Of a DNA stretch of 64,000 nucleotides, positions 9,062 through 19,290 are shown piece by piece. How positions within the stretch are numbered: the first letter of the stretch is position 1; every line of letters starts with the position of its first letter. Source of the DNA: Patescibacteria group bacterium (lineage in GTDB: Bacteria; Patescibacteriota; Minisyncoccia; UBA6257; Colwellbacteraceae); the NCBI GenBank assembly GCA_023380475.1, contig JAMCRD010000003.1, positions 28,397 to 92,396 on the forward strand, read 5' to 3'. The position numbers and the translations under genes were made by a program. Below the pieces are notes generated by a model. It saw only the letters and a program-made list of their open reading frames with translations, ran no database searches and was not told the origin of the DNA.

Positions 9062-10069
9062 ATGTTCACGAATAGGATAGGCATAGATTTAGGTACAACT
9101 AATACGGTTGTTTTTGTGCCCGGACGAGGTTTTGTGGTTAATGAGCCGACCATTGTCGCTCTCAGTCTGCCGGACAACAACGTTATGGCCGTCGGCAGAG
9201 AGGCTAAAGAAATGATCGGCAGAACTCCGGGGGATATAGCTGCCTATCGGCCATTAAAGGACGGTGTGGTTGCTGACTACTATATCACCAGAGCTATGCT
9301 TAAGTATTTCATAAACAAGGCCACGGGGCCTTGGAACTTGGTTAAACCGGATGTTGTCATATCGGTACCGGCAGGGATTACGGCTACAGAGCGACGGGCG
9401 GTTATCAATGCTGCCCAGGAAGCAGGAGCCAAAAACGCCTATGTTGTGCGCGAGCCGCTGCTGGCCGCCCTTGGCGCAGGGATAGCCATTAATTCATCTT
9501 CAGGGAATATGATCATTAATATCGGCGGCGGAACTTCTGAAGTCGCCGTTATTTCCTTGGGAGGGATAGTTTGCTGGTCCAGTATAAGAGTGGCTGGCAA
9601 TAAATTTGACGAGGCCGTCATGGGCTACATTAAGAAGAAATATGGTGTAGCTATAGGAGAACAGAGTGCTGAAGCTATAAAGATATCAGCCGGTTCAGCT
9701 ATGCCTCTTAAGACCAAGCTTGAGGTTAACTTCCGTGGCCGAGATTTGGTGAGTGGCCTACCTAAGGACCTGACGATAAATTCCAACGAGATAGCAGAGG
9801 CTTTAAACCCTTATCTGGCCGATATAGCAGCGGCGGTCCAGGGGGTTTTCAACCAAACCCCTCCGGAACTGGTGGCAGACGTCATGGAAAAGGGGATTAT
9901 TTTGTCAGGCGGAACAGCCAACCTGCGCCACATTGACGGATTCTTCGAACGAATCTTTAACGTGCCAACGTACGTCGCTGAGGATTCAATTTTATGTGTA
10001 GCTAAAGGCTCCGGGATAATCATCGATCACCTTGATGTCTATAAAAGAACGCTCCTCAACAAGAGATAG
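9062..10069 (+). CDS. mreB: Rod shape-determining protein MreB (copy 1)
   Basis: Actin-fold motifs IGIDLGTTNT, NEPTIVA and IINIGGGTSEVAVIS. Confidence 0.92.
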   Translation: MFTNRIGIDLGTTNTVVFVPGRGFVVNEPTIVALSLPDNNVMAVGREAKEMIGRTPGDIAAYRPLKDGVVADYYITRAMLKYFINKATGPWNLVKPDVVISVPAGITATERRAVINAAQEAGAKNAYVVREPLLAALGAGIAINSSSGNMIINIGGGTSEVAVISLGGIVCWSSIRVAGNKFDEAVMGYIKKKYGVAIGEQSAEAIKISAGSAMPLKTKLEVNFRGRDLVSGLPKDLTINSNEIAEALNPYLADIAAAVQGVFNQTPPELVADVMEKGIILSGGTANLRHIDGFFERIFNVPTYVAEDSILCVAKGSGIIIDHLDVYKRTLLNKR

Positions 10070-10082
10070 GGCGCCTAAACCT

Positions 10083-10907
10083 ATGGCAGGTTACGACCGG
10101 CTTTGGGGCACTTTTGTTGAAAAGGCTGACAATCACAGTCTTTTTCACGGTTATATCTTCTTTGGAGAACAGGGGGTCGGCAAGTTCACTTTTGCTAATT
10201 GCTTGGCCAACTATCTTGAGTTCGACCGCATGGATAAACAGGACACGCCTCGCAGCGAAACCTTAATGGTTAGCGTTGGCAATGGGAAAGAAAGTATAGG
10301 CATAGATACGATTCGAGACATAAAATATTTTCTATCTGAGCAGCCATCAGCCTCAGCTTATCGAACGGTACTAATCGACGGGGCTGATAATCTTACCGAC
10401 CAAGCTCAGAATGCTCTATTAAAGGTATCAGAAGAACCCCCGGCGCATGGACTATTGATATTGATTACCAATGATCTCGATAATCTCTTGCCCACCCTTC
10501 AATCGCGCTTCCACAAGATTTACTTCCCAAGGCTCTCTAAAAACGAGATAGCTAAGCATTTAGAATCAATACTGAAATTGGATAAAGAAGCGGCTGAGAA
10601 AATAGCTAAGATTTCTTTTGGCAAAATGGGACGCGCTTTACAGTTGGCTGCAGGTGACGAACTAGATGCAAGACAAAAGGCCAGGAAGGCACTCAAAGAT
10701 CGACTTGCGGCTAGGAAATTGCTGGCTGACGCCGTAGACGATCCAGAGCAGCTTAATGCTATTATTAAAGAGTTACTGGCCGAGTTAGCCTTAAACCCTC
10801 AGCAGAATCTCACAACCATTAAAGAGCTATTGCGTAGGAATACGTTGAACAACTCGCTCAACACCAACAAGAGACTACAATTGGAAGCTGCCCTATGGAC
10901 TATATAA
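10083..10907 (+). CDS. holB: DNA polymerase III delta' subunit
   Basis: AAA+ clamp-loader motifs (FFGEQGVGKFTFA, LIDGADNLT, LPTLQSRF). The ATG at 10083 avoids overlap with mreB. Confidence 0.75.
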   Translation: MAGYDRLWGTFVEKADNHSLFHGYIFFGEQGVGKFTFANCLANYLEFDRMDKQDTPRSETLMVSVGNGKESIGIDTIRDIKYFLSEQPSASAYRTVLIDGADNLTDQAQNALLKVSEEPPAHGLLILITNDLDNLLPTLQSRFHKIYFPRLSKNEIAKHLESILKLDKEAAEKIAKISFGKMGRALQLAAGDELDARQKARKALKDRLAARKLLADAVDDPEQLNAIIKELLAELALNPQQNLTTIKELLRRNTLNNSLNTNKRLQLEAALWTI

Positions 10908-11428
10908 AAGAATTAGAAAAAAAGTTTGCCGCCGCCGCCGCCGAGCTTAAGGAGACGCTGTCGTCTTTTCGAACAAATCGCCCTACGCCTAAGTTGGTGG
11001 AAAACATCAAAGTACCTTATTTAGATCAAACAATGTCGGTTAAGCAATTGGGGTCAATAACAGTTGAACCACCCCGCGATTTAGTTATATCAGTTTGGGA
11101 CAGGAACAGTTTGCCGGCTGTGGCTAAGGCCATCGAATCAGAGAATATAGGACTTAGCGTTGCCCCCCAAGGCAATGTAGTTAGAGTGCGTCTGCCTGAA
11201 CTCACTGAAGAAAGGCGCCACGAGCTGGAAAAGTTGGTAAAATCTTCCATTGAAGAGACTAGGATAAAAATGCGAGTGGAGCGTGACGCAGTCAACAAAA
11301 ATATAAATGCCGAAAGCGATAAGGATACCAAGTTCAGGTCAAAAGAAGAAGTGCAAAAATTGGTTGATAAGTTTAACGGCGTAATTGAAGTAATGCTGAA
11401 GGACAAGCTAAGCGAGATCCTTAGCTAG
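10895..11428 (+). CDS. frr: Ribosome recycling factor
   Basis: 177 aa with FRTNRPTPKLVENIKV, LPELTEERR and KDTKFRSKEEVQKL. Confidence 0.92.
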   Translation: MDYIKELEKKFAAAAAELKETLSSFRTNRPTPKLVENIKVPYLDQTMSVKQLGSITVEPPRDLVISVWDRNSLPAVAKAIESENIGLSVAPQGNVVRVRLPELTEERRHELEKLVKSSIEETRIKMRVERDAVNKNINAESDKDTKFRSKEEVQKLVDKFNGVIEVMLKDKLSEILS

Positions 11429-11429
11429 G

Positions 11430-12473
11430 ATGTTGTCAGCCATAGTAGCGGCGATAGTATTTTTACTTATCTTGGTTATCGGCCACGAGCTTGGTCATTT
11501 TTTGATGGCTAAACTTATGGGAGTTACGGTTTTGGAATTTGGTTTCGGCTTTCCGCCTAAGATAGTTTCCAAGCGCTTTAAGGGAACGGAGTATAGCCTT
11601 AACACCCTGCCGTTCGGAGGATTTGTAAGAATATACGGCGAGAAAGAGGCCTTGAGACCAGAACCAGGCGTAGAGCCAGGCACTACTTTAGTGAGTTTCA
11701 AAGACCTGTCGGCACCCAAGCAGGTATTGATAGCTGTTGCTGGGATAATCATGAACTTGCTGATAGCTTGGGTAGCCTTATCGGTCGTATTTATGATCGG
11801 TACTCCGTCGACAGTGGTAGTAACCGCCGTGGAACCTAATAGCCCAGCCGCAGCAGCGAAGATCATGCCCGGGGACGAGATTCTCAATTTTAACAGCCCC
11901 AATGCTTTCAATACTTTCATAGATAAAAATCTAGGTCATCAAATCTCTTTCGAAGTGAATCGGGACAGCAAGCAGATAGATATCGAGGTATCGCCTCGTT
12001 CCAATCCGCCTGCTGGCGAGGGCCATTTAGGTGTTGTCCTGGCAGGTGCCGGTATAGCCAAAGAAAACGTATTTAGCTCTATAGTGGACGGAGCAAAACT
12101 TACAGCTGAGACAACCGCTTTGGTGGGCATGGCGCTGTGGGAACTGTTGGCAGGCTTAGCCACCGGGCACTGGGGAGTTTTGGCAGGGGTTACCGGTCCA
12201 GTCGGCATAGTATCTATTGTAGGGCAGGCCACAACTCAAGGCATACCTTATCTGCTGTATCTTTTAAGTTTGATATCAGTTAACTTGGCTATCATAAATA
12301 TCGTACCCTTCCCGGCCTTGGATGGAGGCAGAATTATCATGATCGGGATAGAAAAGGTATTCGGCCGCAAAATTGAGCCCAAGATTGAAGCCTGGATCAA
12401 CGGCATAGGCATGCTTCTTTTGCTATTTTTAATGGTCCTGATTACTATAAGAGATATAGGTAGATTGTTATGA
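11430..12473 (+). CDS. rseP: RIP site-2 metalloprotease RseP family
   Basis: HELGHF zinc motif in TM1, a PDZ-like middle, and a C-terminal NLLPFPALDGG-type motif (NIVPFPALDGG). Confidence 0.88.
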   Translation: MLSAIVAAIVFLLILVIGHELGHFLMAKLMGVTVLEFGFGFPPKIVSKRFKGTEYSLNTLPFGGFVRIYGEKEALRPEPGVEPGTTLVSFKDLSAPKQVLIAVAGIIMNLLIAWVALSVVFMIGTPSTVVVTAVEPNSPAAAAKIMPGDEILNFNSPNAFNTFIDKNLGHQISFEVNRDSKQIDIEVSPRSNPPAGEGHLGVVLAGAGIAKENVFSSIVDGAKLTAETTALVGMALWELLAGLATGHWGVLAGVTGPVGIVSIVGQATTQGIPYLLYLLSLISVNLAIINIVPFPALDGGRIIMIGIEKVFGRKIEPKIEAWINGIGMLLLLFLMVLITIRDIGRLL

Positions 12474-13687
12474 AACAGAGTGAATTATTTACTAAGACCT
12501 TGCGAGAAGCGCCAAAGGACGAAGATGCCGTGAACGCTCAGTTGCTTATACGAGCCGGCTTTATAGATAAGTTGATGGCTGGTGTGTACACGATGCTGCC
12601 GCTGGGGCTCATGGTGCGCAATAAGATTGAACAGATTGTCCGTGAAGAGATGGCTAAGATAGGAGGCAACGAGATAGTTATGCCGGTACTGCAGCCTATG
12701 GCCAACTGGGAAAAGACCGGTCGTTGGAATAGTCTAGACGTCCTTTTTAAGTTCACAAGCTACTACACTAAAAACGATTACGCTCTTGGACCGACACATG
12801 AAGAAGTGATCTCGCCTTTGTTAAAGAAGTTCATTCTTTCTTACAAAGATCTGCCTAGATACGTTTTCCAGATCCAGAATAAATTCAGGGATGAACCACG
12901 CTCCAAATCCGGTCTACTGCGAGGCAGAGAATTCTTGATGAAAGATCTATATTCTTTTCACGCCAACCAGAAAGATCTGGATAAATATTATGAGTTGGTA
13001 ATCAAAACTTATATGAAGATGTATAAACGCCTTGGATTGGGGGGTAATACATACGTTACCTTTGCTTCAGGTGGAACTTTTTCCAAGTATTCTCATGAGT
13101 TTCAGACGGTAGCTGATGCTGGCGAAGACACTATATATATATGCGATAAATGTAAGATAGCCGTAAATAAAGAGATAATCAAAGAACAAAAGGTATGTCC
13201 CAAGTGTGGTGGAAGCAAGTTAAGGGAAGCCAGATCGATTGAGGTTGGGAATATATTCAAGCTTAGCAACAAGTTTTCGGCACCATTCGGGCTTTCATAT
13301 CGAGATGAGCGTGGGAATATGAACGACGTAGTAATGGGTTGCTATGGTATGGGGATAAGCCGTCTAGTTGGTACTATCGTGGAAGTCTCTCACGATGACC
13401 GGGGAATTATATGGCCGGAGAGCATTGCCCCATTCCGTTTTCATCTTGTCGAGCTTAGGAAAGGAATAGGGCGTGACCTTTATAGGCGTTTGCAAGCCAA
13501 AGGAGATAATGTACTCTATGACGACAGGGAACTTTCAGCGGGGGAGAAGTTTGCTGATGCGGACCTAATCGGCATCCCTTACAGACTGGTGGTCAGCGAG
13601 AAGACCGGTAAGAAGATTGAGGTCAAGAAAAGGGATAGTAAGAACACAAAATTAGTGGGTTATGGCACTATTTCGAAACTTTCATAA
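12470..13687 (+). CDS. proS: Prolyl-tRNA synthetase, short form without INS editing domain
   Basis: N-terminus QSELFTKTLREAPKD..AQLLIRAGF, class II motifs and an anticodon-binding C-terminus. Only 405 aa, with CDKC...CPKCG in the INS position. Confidence 0.88.
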   Translation: MKQSELFTKTLREAPKDEDAVNAQLLIRAGFIDKLMAGVYTMLPLGLMVRNKIEQIVREEMAKIGGNEIVMPVLQPMANWEKTGRWNSLDVLFKFTSYYTKNDYALGPTHEEVISPLLKKFILSYKDLPRYVFQIQNKFRDEPRSKSGLLRGREFLMKDLYSFHANQKDLDKYYELVIKTYMKMYKRLGLGGNTYVTFASGGTFSKYSHEFQTVADAGEDTIYICDKCKIAVNKEIIKEQKVCPKCGGSKLREARSIEVGNIFKLSNKFSAPFGLSYRDERGNMNDVVMGCYGMGISRLVGTIVEVSHDDRGIIWPESIAPFRFHLVELRKGIGRDLYRRLQAKGDNVLYDDRELSAGEKFADADLIGIPYRLVVSEKTGKKIEVKKRDSKNTKLVGYGTISKLS

Positions 13688-14708
13688 GAACGTAGGTATA
13701 GATCTAGGCACAGCTAACTTCCTTATTTATTTGGGTGGGCAAGGCATTGTGGTTAATGAACCGACTTTGGTTGCTTTGAATAATCGTACCGGTCAAATAC
13801 TGGTGATCGGCAATGAAGCCAAAAAAATGCTGGATCGCTCGCCAGCTCATATTAGTTTGATCAAGCCTCTTATCGGTGGCGTAATATCCGATTTTGAGAT
13901 GACGGAAGCCATAATAAAATACTTCCTAAGGAAAGTCGGTGGAGAGGGATTGTTCACTCGCTACAATCTCGCTGCCATATGTGTTCCAACCAACCTTACC
14001 GAGGTGGAACGTAAATCAGTTGAGGATGCAGCTGTATCCGCCGGGATATCCAAAACGCTGCTAGTCGAAGAACCGATAGCTTCAGCTATTGGCGGTCGGT
14101 TGCCCATCGAAGAGCCTACCGCTAATATGATTGTCGATATCGGCGGAGGTACAAGTGAGATATCCATAATCTCGGCTGGCGGAACAGTCATTTCCAAGAG
14201 CCTTAAGGTAGCTGGTCAAAAGCTTAACGAAGATATAGTTCGCTATATAAGAGATGAATTCAAATTGATGGTTGGTGAACCTACCGCTGAAGAACTTAAG
14301 ATAACTATCGGCTCAGCCATACCTCAAGATGAAAAATTGGAGATGACCATCCGTGGCAGGGACATGTCTACTGGTCTGCCGAAAGAGATAACCGTGAAAA
14401 GCGGCCACGTCCGAGTAGCCATGCAAAAATCGCTGAAAACCATTGTCGAAGCTATACGTGAGATAATCGAGGAGGCCCCACCGGAGCTCGTCGGCGATAC
14501 GTTAAAACGGGGTATTTATCTCTCGGGAGGTGGCAGCTTGCTTATGGGGCTGGACCAATATATTGAGAGGGAAACTACGGTCAAGACCAGGTTGGTGGAC
14601 GATCCTCTGACTTGCGTTGTCCGCGGCTTGGGGATAATCGTTGAAGATTTACCCAAGTATGAAACCATACTATCTAATCAGCCGAAAGCTAAAGTGGTGA
14701 ATATATAA
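13662..14708 (+). CDS. mreB: Rod shape-determining protein MreB (copy 2)
   Basis: VGIDLGTANF, NEPTLVA and VDIGGGTSEISIIS. Heads the mreC-mreD-PBP2 run. Confidence 0.92.
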   Translation: MALFRNFHKNVGIDLGTANFLIYLGGQGIVVNEPTLVALNNRTGQILVIGNEAKKMLDRSPAHISLIKPLIGGVISDFEMTEAIIKYFLRKVGGEGLFTRYNLAAICVPTNLTEVERKSVEDAAVSAGISKTLLVEEPIASAIGGRLPIEEPTANMIVDIGGGTSEISIISAGGTVISKSLKVAGQKLNEDIVRYIRDEFKLMVGEPTAEELKITIGSAIPQDEKLEMTIRGRDMSTGLPKEITVKSGHVRVAMQKSLKTIVEAIREIIEEAPPELVGDTLKRGIYLSGGGSLLMGLDQYIERETTVKTRLVDDPLTCVVRGLGIIVEDLPKYETILSNQPKAKVVNI

Positions 14709-14710
14709 AT

Positions 14711-15385
14711 ATGAGGCGGGCCTTTGCCTTAGTGGTCATTGCTCTGGCGGTAATCGTGTTCATAGTACACAGCCAGTTCGCAACCGAAGGCAAGTCGTTG
14801 GGAACGGCAGCTATAGGGGATATAGCTGCCGTCGTAAGTTCGTCTAACTCTAGCGTGAGTAATGAGTTGACAGCATTGCAACAAGAGAACGCCGCCTTAA
14901 GGGTGCAACTGTTTAACCAAAGCCTGTACAGCCCGACAAATACAGTTGAAGTTTATTCAGACTATCCCTTGAACAGCGAGCAGGAAATAGCTATTGCCGC
15001 TGGCAGTCGGGAAGGGGTTAAAGTCGGGGACATTGTCACGTGGGGGAGCAGCGTTCTGATAGGTAAAGTTACGGCGGTGATGGATGACGCCAGCATTGTC
15101 TCCACGATTTTTGACCCATCTTGGCAAATGGCTGTTAGAATAGGTAACTCGCAAGCAGACGGATTGCTTCAAGGTGGCGTATCGCCAACCGTCACTCTCA
15201 TACCCCAGAATGGGCAGATCAATGTCGGTGATATGGTCATAACAGCCACAACGGGTTTCCCATACGGTTTAGAGGTCGGGGTCGTAAAGACAATCGAAAA
15301 CACTCCGAATAGCGTTTTCCGTCAAGCTACCATTCAGACCGAAATAGACATACCGCATCTGACCAATGTTACGGTTCATTATTAA
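14711..15385 (+). CDS. mreC: Rod shape-determining protein MreC
   Basis: N-terminal TM, a coiled-coil (ELTALQQENAALRVQL) and a beta-rich domain with GDMVITATTGFPYGLEVGVV. Follows mreB. Confidence 0.8.
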   Translation: MRRAFALVVIALAVIVFIVHSQFATEGKSLGTAAIGDIAAVVSSSNSSVSNELTALQQENAALRVQLFNQSLYSPTNTVEVYSDYPLNSEQEIAIAAGSREGVKVGDIVTWGSSVLIGKVTAVMDDASIVSTIFDPSWQMAVRIGNSQADGLLQGGVSPTVTLIPQNGQINVGDMVITATTGFPYGLEVGVVKTIENTPNSVFRQATIQTEIDIPHLTNVTVHY

Positions 15386-15806
15386 TTTGATTCTAATAAT
15401 AGTTGCTGGGTTACTGCAGTCCGCAACATGGTTCACGCTTGCTGGCGTCAAGTCTGATCTGGTCATGGTCCTAGTGCTGGTCATGCTTATGATTGATCAC
15501 GACTGGCTGGATCGTTTGGCTTTGATTCTTTTAGGAGAATTAATGCTCCAGTTTGGTCCTCGTCCCGACATATACAGCATCATCTTTTTAGGTTTAATGG
15601 TAATAAGCGCGCTGGTCATCGACTTGGTTAGTCTGCAACCCTACTTAACTTTGGGATCCGTAGTGGTCGCAGCAACCATCTTGATGAACGTCTACGGTCA
15701 CATACCGTGGAGCATCATCCTGACAGAATCGGCCTACAACCTCGTGCTAGCCATTTTGTTCTACACCGTGTTAAAACGACCTTATGGCCAAAAGATATCT
15801 AAATAA
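15366..15806 (+). CDS. mreD: MreD-like membrane protein
   Basis: 146 aa polytopic membrane protein between mreC and PBP2. Assigned mainly by position. Confidence 0.55.
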   Translation: MLRFIINLILIIVAGLLQSATWFTLAGVKSDLVMVLVLVMLMIDHDWLDRLALILLGELMLQFGPRPDIYSIIFLGLMVISALVIDLVSLQPYLTLGSVVVAATILMNVYGHIPWSIILTESAYNLVLAILFYTVLKRPYGQKISK

Positions 15807-17640
15807 AAATATAGATCTGGACGAGACGGTGGCGGATAGCGCCTTTCAAGGGCTAAACCCGAAAGAACAACCCTTGCACTCGCGTGTCTTCTGGCTATTG
15901 CTTCTACTCGCCCTTATGTTTGCCTTAGCTACCTCGATACGCCTCATCACCATGGGGACTTTGAACTATACCCATTACAGCCTCTTGGCTGAAGAAAATG
16001 CCAACGAGATTACACCCATTGTTGCTCCCCGCGGTGTGATAACCGACCGCTTTGGTACTTCTTTAGCTGAGAACCAGCCGGTTTTCAGCGCTTATTTGAA
16101 TGTAGCCGACATGATTAAGAACAGCCAGAGAGATGCTGTGTTCAACGCTGCTCAAAATATCTTGGGCGTAGATAGCAGTAAACTGTCTTCCGAGGTAGGC
16201 GGGGTCAATTTTGAACAAGGGGGACAAATTCTTCTGTTGCGCGATCTCAGCCGCGAACAGCTAATAGCCTTGCAAAGTTTGAATATCTCCTCAATTAAAA
16301 TCGAGAATGACTATGAACGTCTTTATCCGAATGATTCCCAAGCCTTCTCAACGGTTATTGGCTATGTCGGTCAAACCAGCAGTAGCAATCGGCTCCAAGG
16401 ATTAGCCGGATTAGAAAGCTACTATAACGCCACTCTTCAAGGAACAGATGGTGAAACCGTCACGCCTAGGAATGCCCAAGGTCAGATTGAAGGTCAACCG
16501 ACAACCATAGCGCCTCAAGCTGGGCAGAACCTTCAGACGACCATCGATGGCCCATTTCAAGACTACTTTTATAACCGCATGTTGTCTGGCTTACAGCAGC
16601 TTAACCGCACCAATGGCATCGGTCTAGCTATAAATCCACAAAACGGGCAGGTGTTGGCCATGATAAGTTTCCCAACCTATGATCCTAATAACGTCGCCGC
16701 GGCGCTTAACAACCCCAACCAGCCGTTGTTTAACCGAGCCGTCAGCGGCCAGTACAGTCCCGGTTCGACCATAAAACCGCTGGATGCCGTAGCTGTCTTA
16801 AAAAGCGGCAACATAAGCCCAACCCAACAGATCATGTCGGTAGGCTATATGTACGTGCCCAATCCATATAATCCCTCTAGCCCCAGCAAGTTCATGGATT
16901 GGCGGCCTCAAGGCCTTGTTGACCTCTATTCAGCTATTGCTCGCTCTTGCGATGTTTACTTCTACATCACGGTCGGCGGTTCGCCGGCGCGGACGACGCC
17001 CTTGCTCAACGACCCTAGTGACTATGGCGTCACGGGGATCGGCCCCGGAAGCTTATATGAATGGTGGCAAAAGTTCGGCTTAGGCAAGCCAACTGGCATA
17101 GATATGCCTGGAGAAACGGCCGGCTTTCTGCCTAACCCCACTACCTACGAACAGACCACTGGCCGCCCGTGGTTGTTGGGTGACACCTATAACGTCGCCA
17201 TTGGTCAAGGTGACCTGCAGGTCACGCCCTTACAGCTAATGGACTACATTAGTGCCATTGCCAACAATGGCGTAGCTTATCAGCCGAGCTTATTACTGAA
17301 CGCTACTCCAACCAAGATCTTAGATCTGTCGAGTCTTTCGCCCCAGATCAAACAGGTTCAGCAAGGCATGATCGAAACCGTAGCCAAATCTTATGGGACA
17401 GCTTATCTCCTGCATACCCTGCCATTTTCGGTCGCCGCCAAAACAGGCAGTGCTCAAACTAACAACAACAGCCGAGTCAATGCTATTTTTGTTGGCTATG
17501 CTCCGGCCACCAACCCTCAGATTGAGGTCGTGATTCTGATAGAAAATGGCTATGAAAGTATTTTGAACGCTGTCCCGATAGCTAAGGATGTACTGTCGTG
17601 GTACTATGAAAATCGAATAGCCAAAAACAGCAACAGTTAA
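15784..17640 (+). CDS. mrdA: Penicillin-binding protein 2 (transpeptidase)
   Basis: N-terminal TM, SxxK (GSTIKP) and KTG (AKTGSAQ). Sits in the mreBCD context. Confidence 0.88.
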   Translation: MAKRYLNKNIDLDETVADSAFQGLNPKEQPLHSRVFWLLLLLALMFALATSIRLITMGTLNYTHYSLLAEENANEITPIVAPRGVITDRFGTSLAENQPVFSAYLNVADMIKNSQRDAVFNAAQNILGVDSSKLSSEVGGVNFEQGGQILLLRDLSREQLIALQSLNISSIKIENDYERLYPNDSQAFSTVIGYVGQTSSSNRLQGLAGLESYYNATLQGTDGETVTPRNAQGQIEGQPTTIAPQAGQNLQTTIDGPFQDYFYNRMLSGLQQLNRTNGIGLAINPQNGQVLAMISFPTYDPNNVAAALNNPNQPLFNRAVSGQYSPGSTIKPLDAVAVLKSGNISPTQQIMSVGYMYVPNPYNPSSPSKFMDWRPQGLVDLYSAIARSCDVYFYITVGGSPARTTPLLNDPSDYGVTGIGPGSLYEWWQKFGLGKPTGIDMPGETAGFLPNPTTYEQTTGRPWLLGDTYNVAIGQGDLQVTPLQLMDYISAIANNGVAYQPSLLLNATPTKILDLSSLSPQIKQVQQGMIETVAKSYGTAYLLHTLPFSVAAKTGSAQTNNNSRVNAIFVGYAPATNPQIEVVILIENGYESILNAVPIAKDVLSWYYENRIAKNSNS

Positions 17641-17645
17641 GTTTC

Positions 17646-18629
17646 ATGGCGCAATCGGAGTTAAGACAGGATGTGGTTTCAGGAGATTGGGTTCTGCTGG
17701 CCCCGGCCAGAGGGAGCCGCCCCCATCAGTTGGTAAACAAAACCAAACCCAAGATACCTTCTAAAAAGGGATGTATTTTTGAGAACCCGGAGAAAGCTGG
17801 AGGTTCACCGATAATAGTGAGTTCTCCTAAAAACAGTCCGTGGGTTCAAATCGTACCTAATAAATTTCCGGCTGTTAGTCACAGCAGGATCATGGCAGTT
17901 ATCGCCAAACAGGGGCCATTTTTCGTCCTGCCAGGGGTAGGCCACCACGATCTGGTCGTAACCAGAGATCACCGAAAGAATTTCCCCAAGTTGCCCTTGG
18001 AAGAAGCCAGGCTGCTGGTGCAGATGTTCCAACGCCGCTACAAGACCTTGGCCCAGGATCCTTACGTAGCTTACATATCTGTATTTCATAATTGGGGCAT
18101 ACGAGCCGGAGCGTCCATCTACCATCCTCATTACCAGATAATAACCATGCCGATAATACCCCCTACGGTGGAACATTATCTGGCCGGATCAGCTAAGTAT
18201 TTTCGCGATAACGCCCATTGCGCCTACTGCACGTCGATCAAGTGGGAAAGGAAATATGAGAAGCGGGTTATCTATGAAAACGATGAGGCGATAGCTTTTG
18301 CGCCCTTTGTTTCCAGATATCCTTTTGAGATACAAGTTTTCCCGAAGAAACACCTTCCTTTCTTCGAAGACACAGACGCAGCTACCCTTAACAGCGTGAC
18401 GGAAGTCCTTCATCGGTCGCTGCGAATGATCGAGAGAAAATTTAAACAACCGGATTACAACTTTTTCTTTGATACAGCTCCGACAATAGACAAGAGCAAG
18501 AATAAACACTATCACTGGCATATTGAGATCCGGCCGAAATTCAAAGTCGACGGCGGTTTCGAGTCGGATACCGGCATAGAAATCAATACCGTCGATCCCG
18601 ATCTAGCCGCGAAGTTTCTGAGGAGGTAA
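17646..18629 (+). CDS. galT: GalT-like HIT-family nucleotidyltransferase (galactose-1-phosphate uridylyltransferase family)
   Basis: HxHxQ active-site motif (YHPHYQI) and a duplicated half-barrel architecture, 327 aa. Confidence 0.7.
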   Translation: MAQSELRQDVVSGDWVLLAPARGSRPHQLVNKTKPKIPSKKGCIFENPEKAGGSPIIVSSPKNSPWVQIVPNKFPAVSHSRIMAVIAKQGPFFVLPGVGHHDLVVTRDHRKNFPKLPLEEARLLVQMFQRRYKTLAQDPYVAYISVFHNWGIRAGASIYHPHYQIITMPIIPPTVEHYLAGSAKYFRDNAHCAYCTSIKWERKYEKRVIYENDEAIAFAPFVSRYPFEIQVFPKKHLPFFEDTDAATLNSVTEVLHRSLRMIERKFKQPDYNFFFDTAPTIDKSKNKHYHWHIEIRPKFKVDGGFESDTGIEINTVDPDLAAKFLRR

Positions 18630-18645
18630 AACCATCCGAACGACT

Positions 18646-19254
18646 ATGGGTTTTTCGCTTCTTTCGGAAATATCGGCCTTTATTCTGGCGGTAGTATCCA
18701 GCCTCGGCTACTGGGGAGTATTCATCCTCATGGTTTTTGAAAGTCTGGACATACCTATCCCTTCCGAAGTTGTGCTGCCTTTCGCTGGCTTTCTGGTTTA
18801 CCTAGGCAAGTTTGATATTGTAGCCGTCATTCTAATCGCGGCCACGGGTAATTTGGTCGGCTCATTGATCAACTACTGGCTGGCTTATAGGTATCGAGAC
18901 GGTGCGGCGGCGCTGATTGAAAAGTGGCACCTGGTTGGCGTTAAGGAAATAAACTGGGCTTACCGTTGGTTTGAGACAAGGGGATTGATTGTAGTGTTCC
19001 TGGGACGTTTATTGCCCATAGTAAGAACCTTCATTTCCTTCCCAGCCGGATTCTTTAAGGTCAGCCTGAAGCACTTCGCCTTACTTACTTTCATTGGCTC
19101 GTTTATATGGGGAGCAGCCTTAACATATATAGGCTATGTAGCTGGCTATAACTGGATGACGCTCGAACCATACTTCCGGCAATTCGATTATCTTATATGG
19201 GGCATAATTGCCATTGCTATAATCTGGGAGATAGCGCGGAGGATTCGCAAGTGA
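18646..19254 (+). CDS. dedA: DedA/SNARE-associated family membrane protein
   Basis: 202 aa with ES.D.PIPSEVVLPFAG and R.LP.VRTFIS.PAG motifs. Confidence 0.85.
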   Translation: MGFSLLSEISAFILAVVSSLGYWGVFILMVFESLDIPIPSEVVLPFAGFLVYLGKFDIVAVILIAATGNLVGSLINYWLAYRYRDGAAALIEKWHLVGVKEINWAYRWFETRGLIVVFLGRLLPIVRTFISFPAGFFKVSLKHFALLTFIGSFIWGAALTYIGYVAGYNWMTLEPYFRQFDYLIWGIIAIAIIWEIARRIRK

Positions 19255-19290
19255 GGACTCCGCAATAAAATAGTGCTAAAATTTCTAAAG

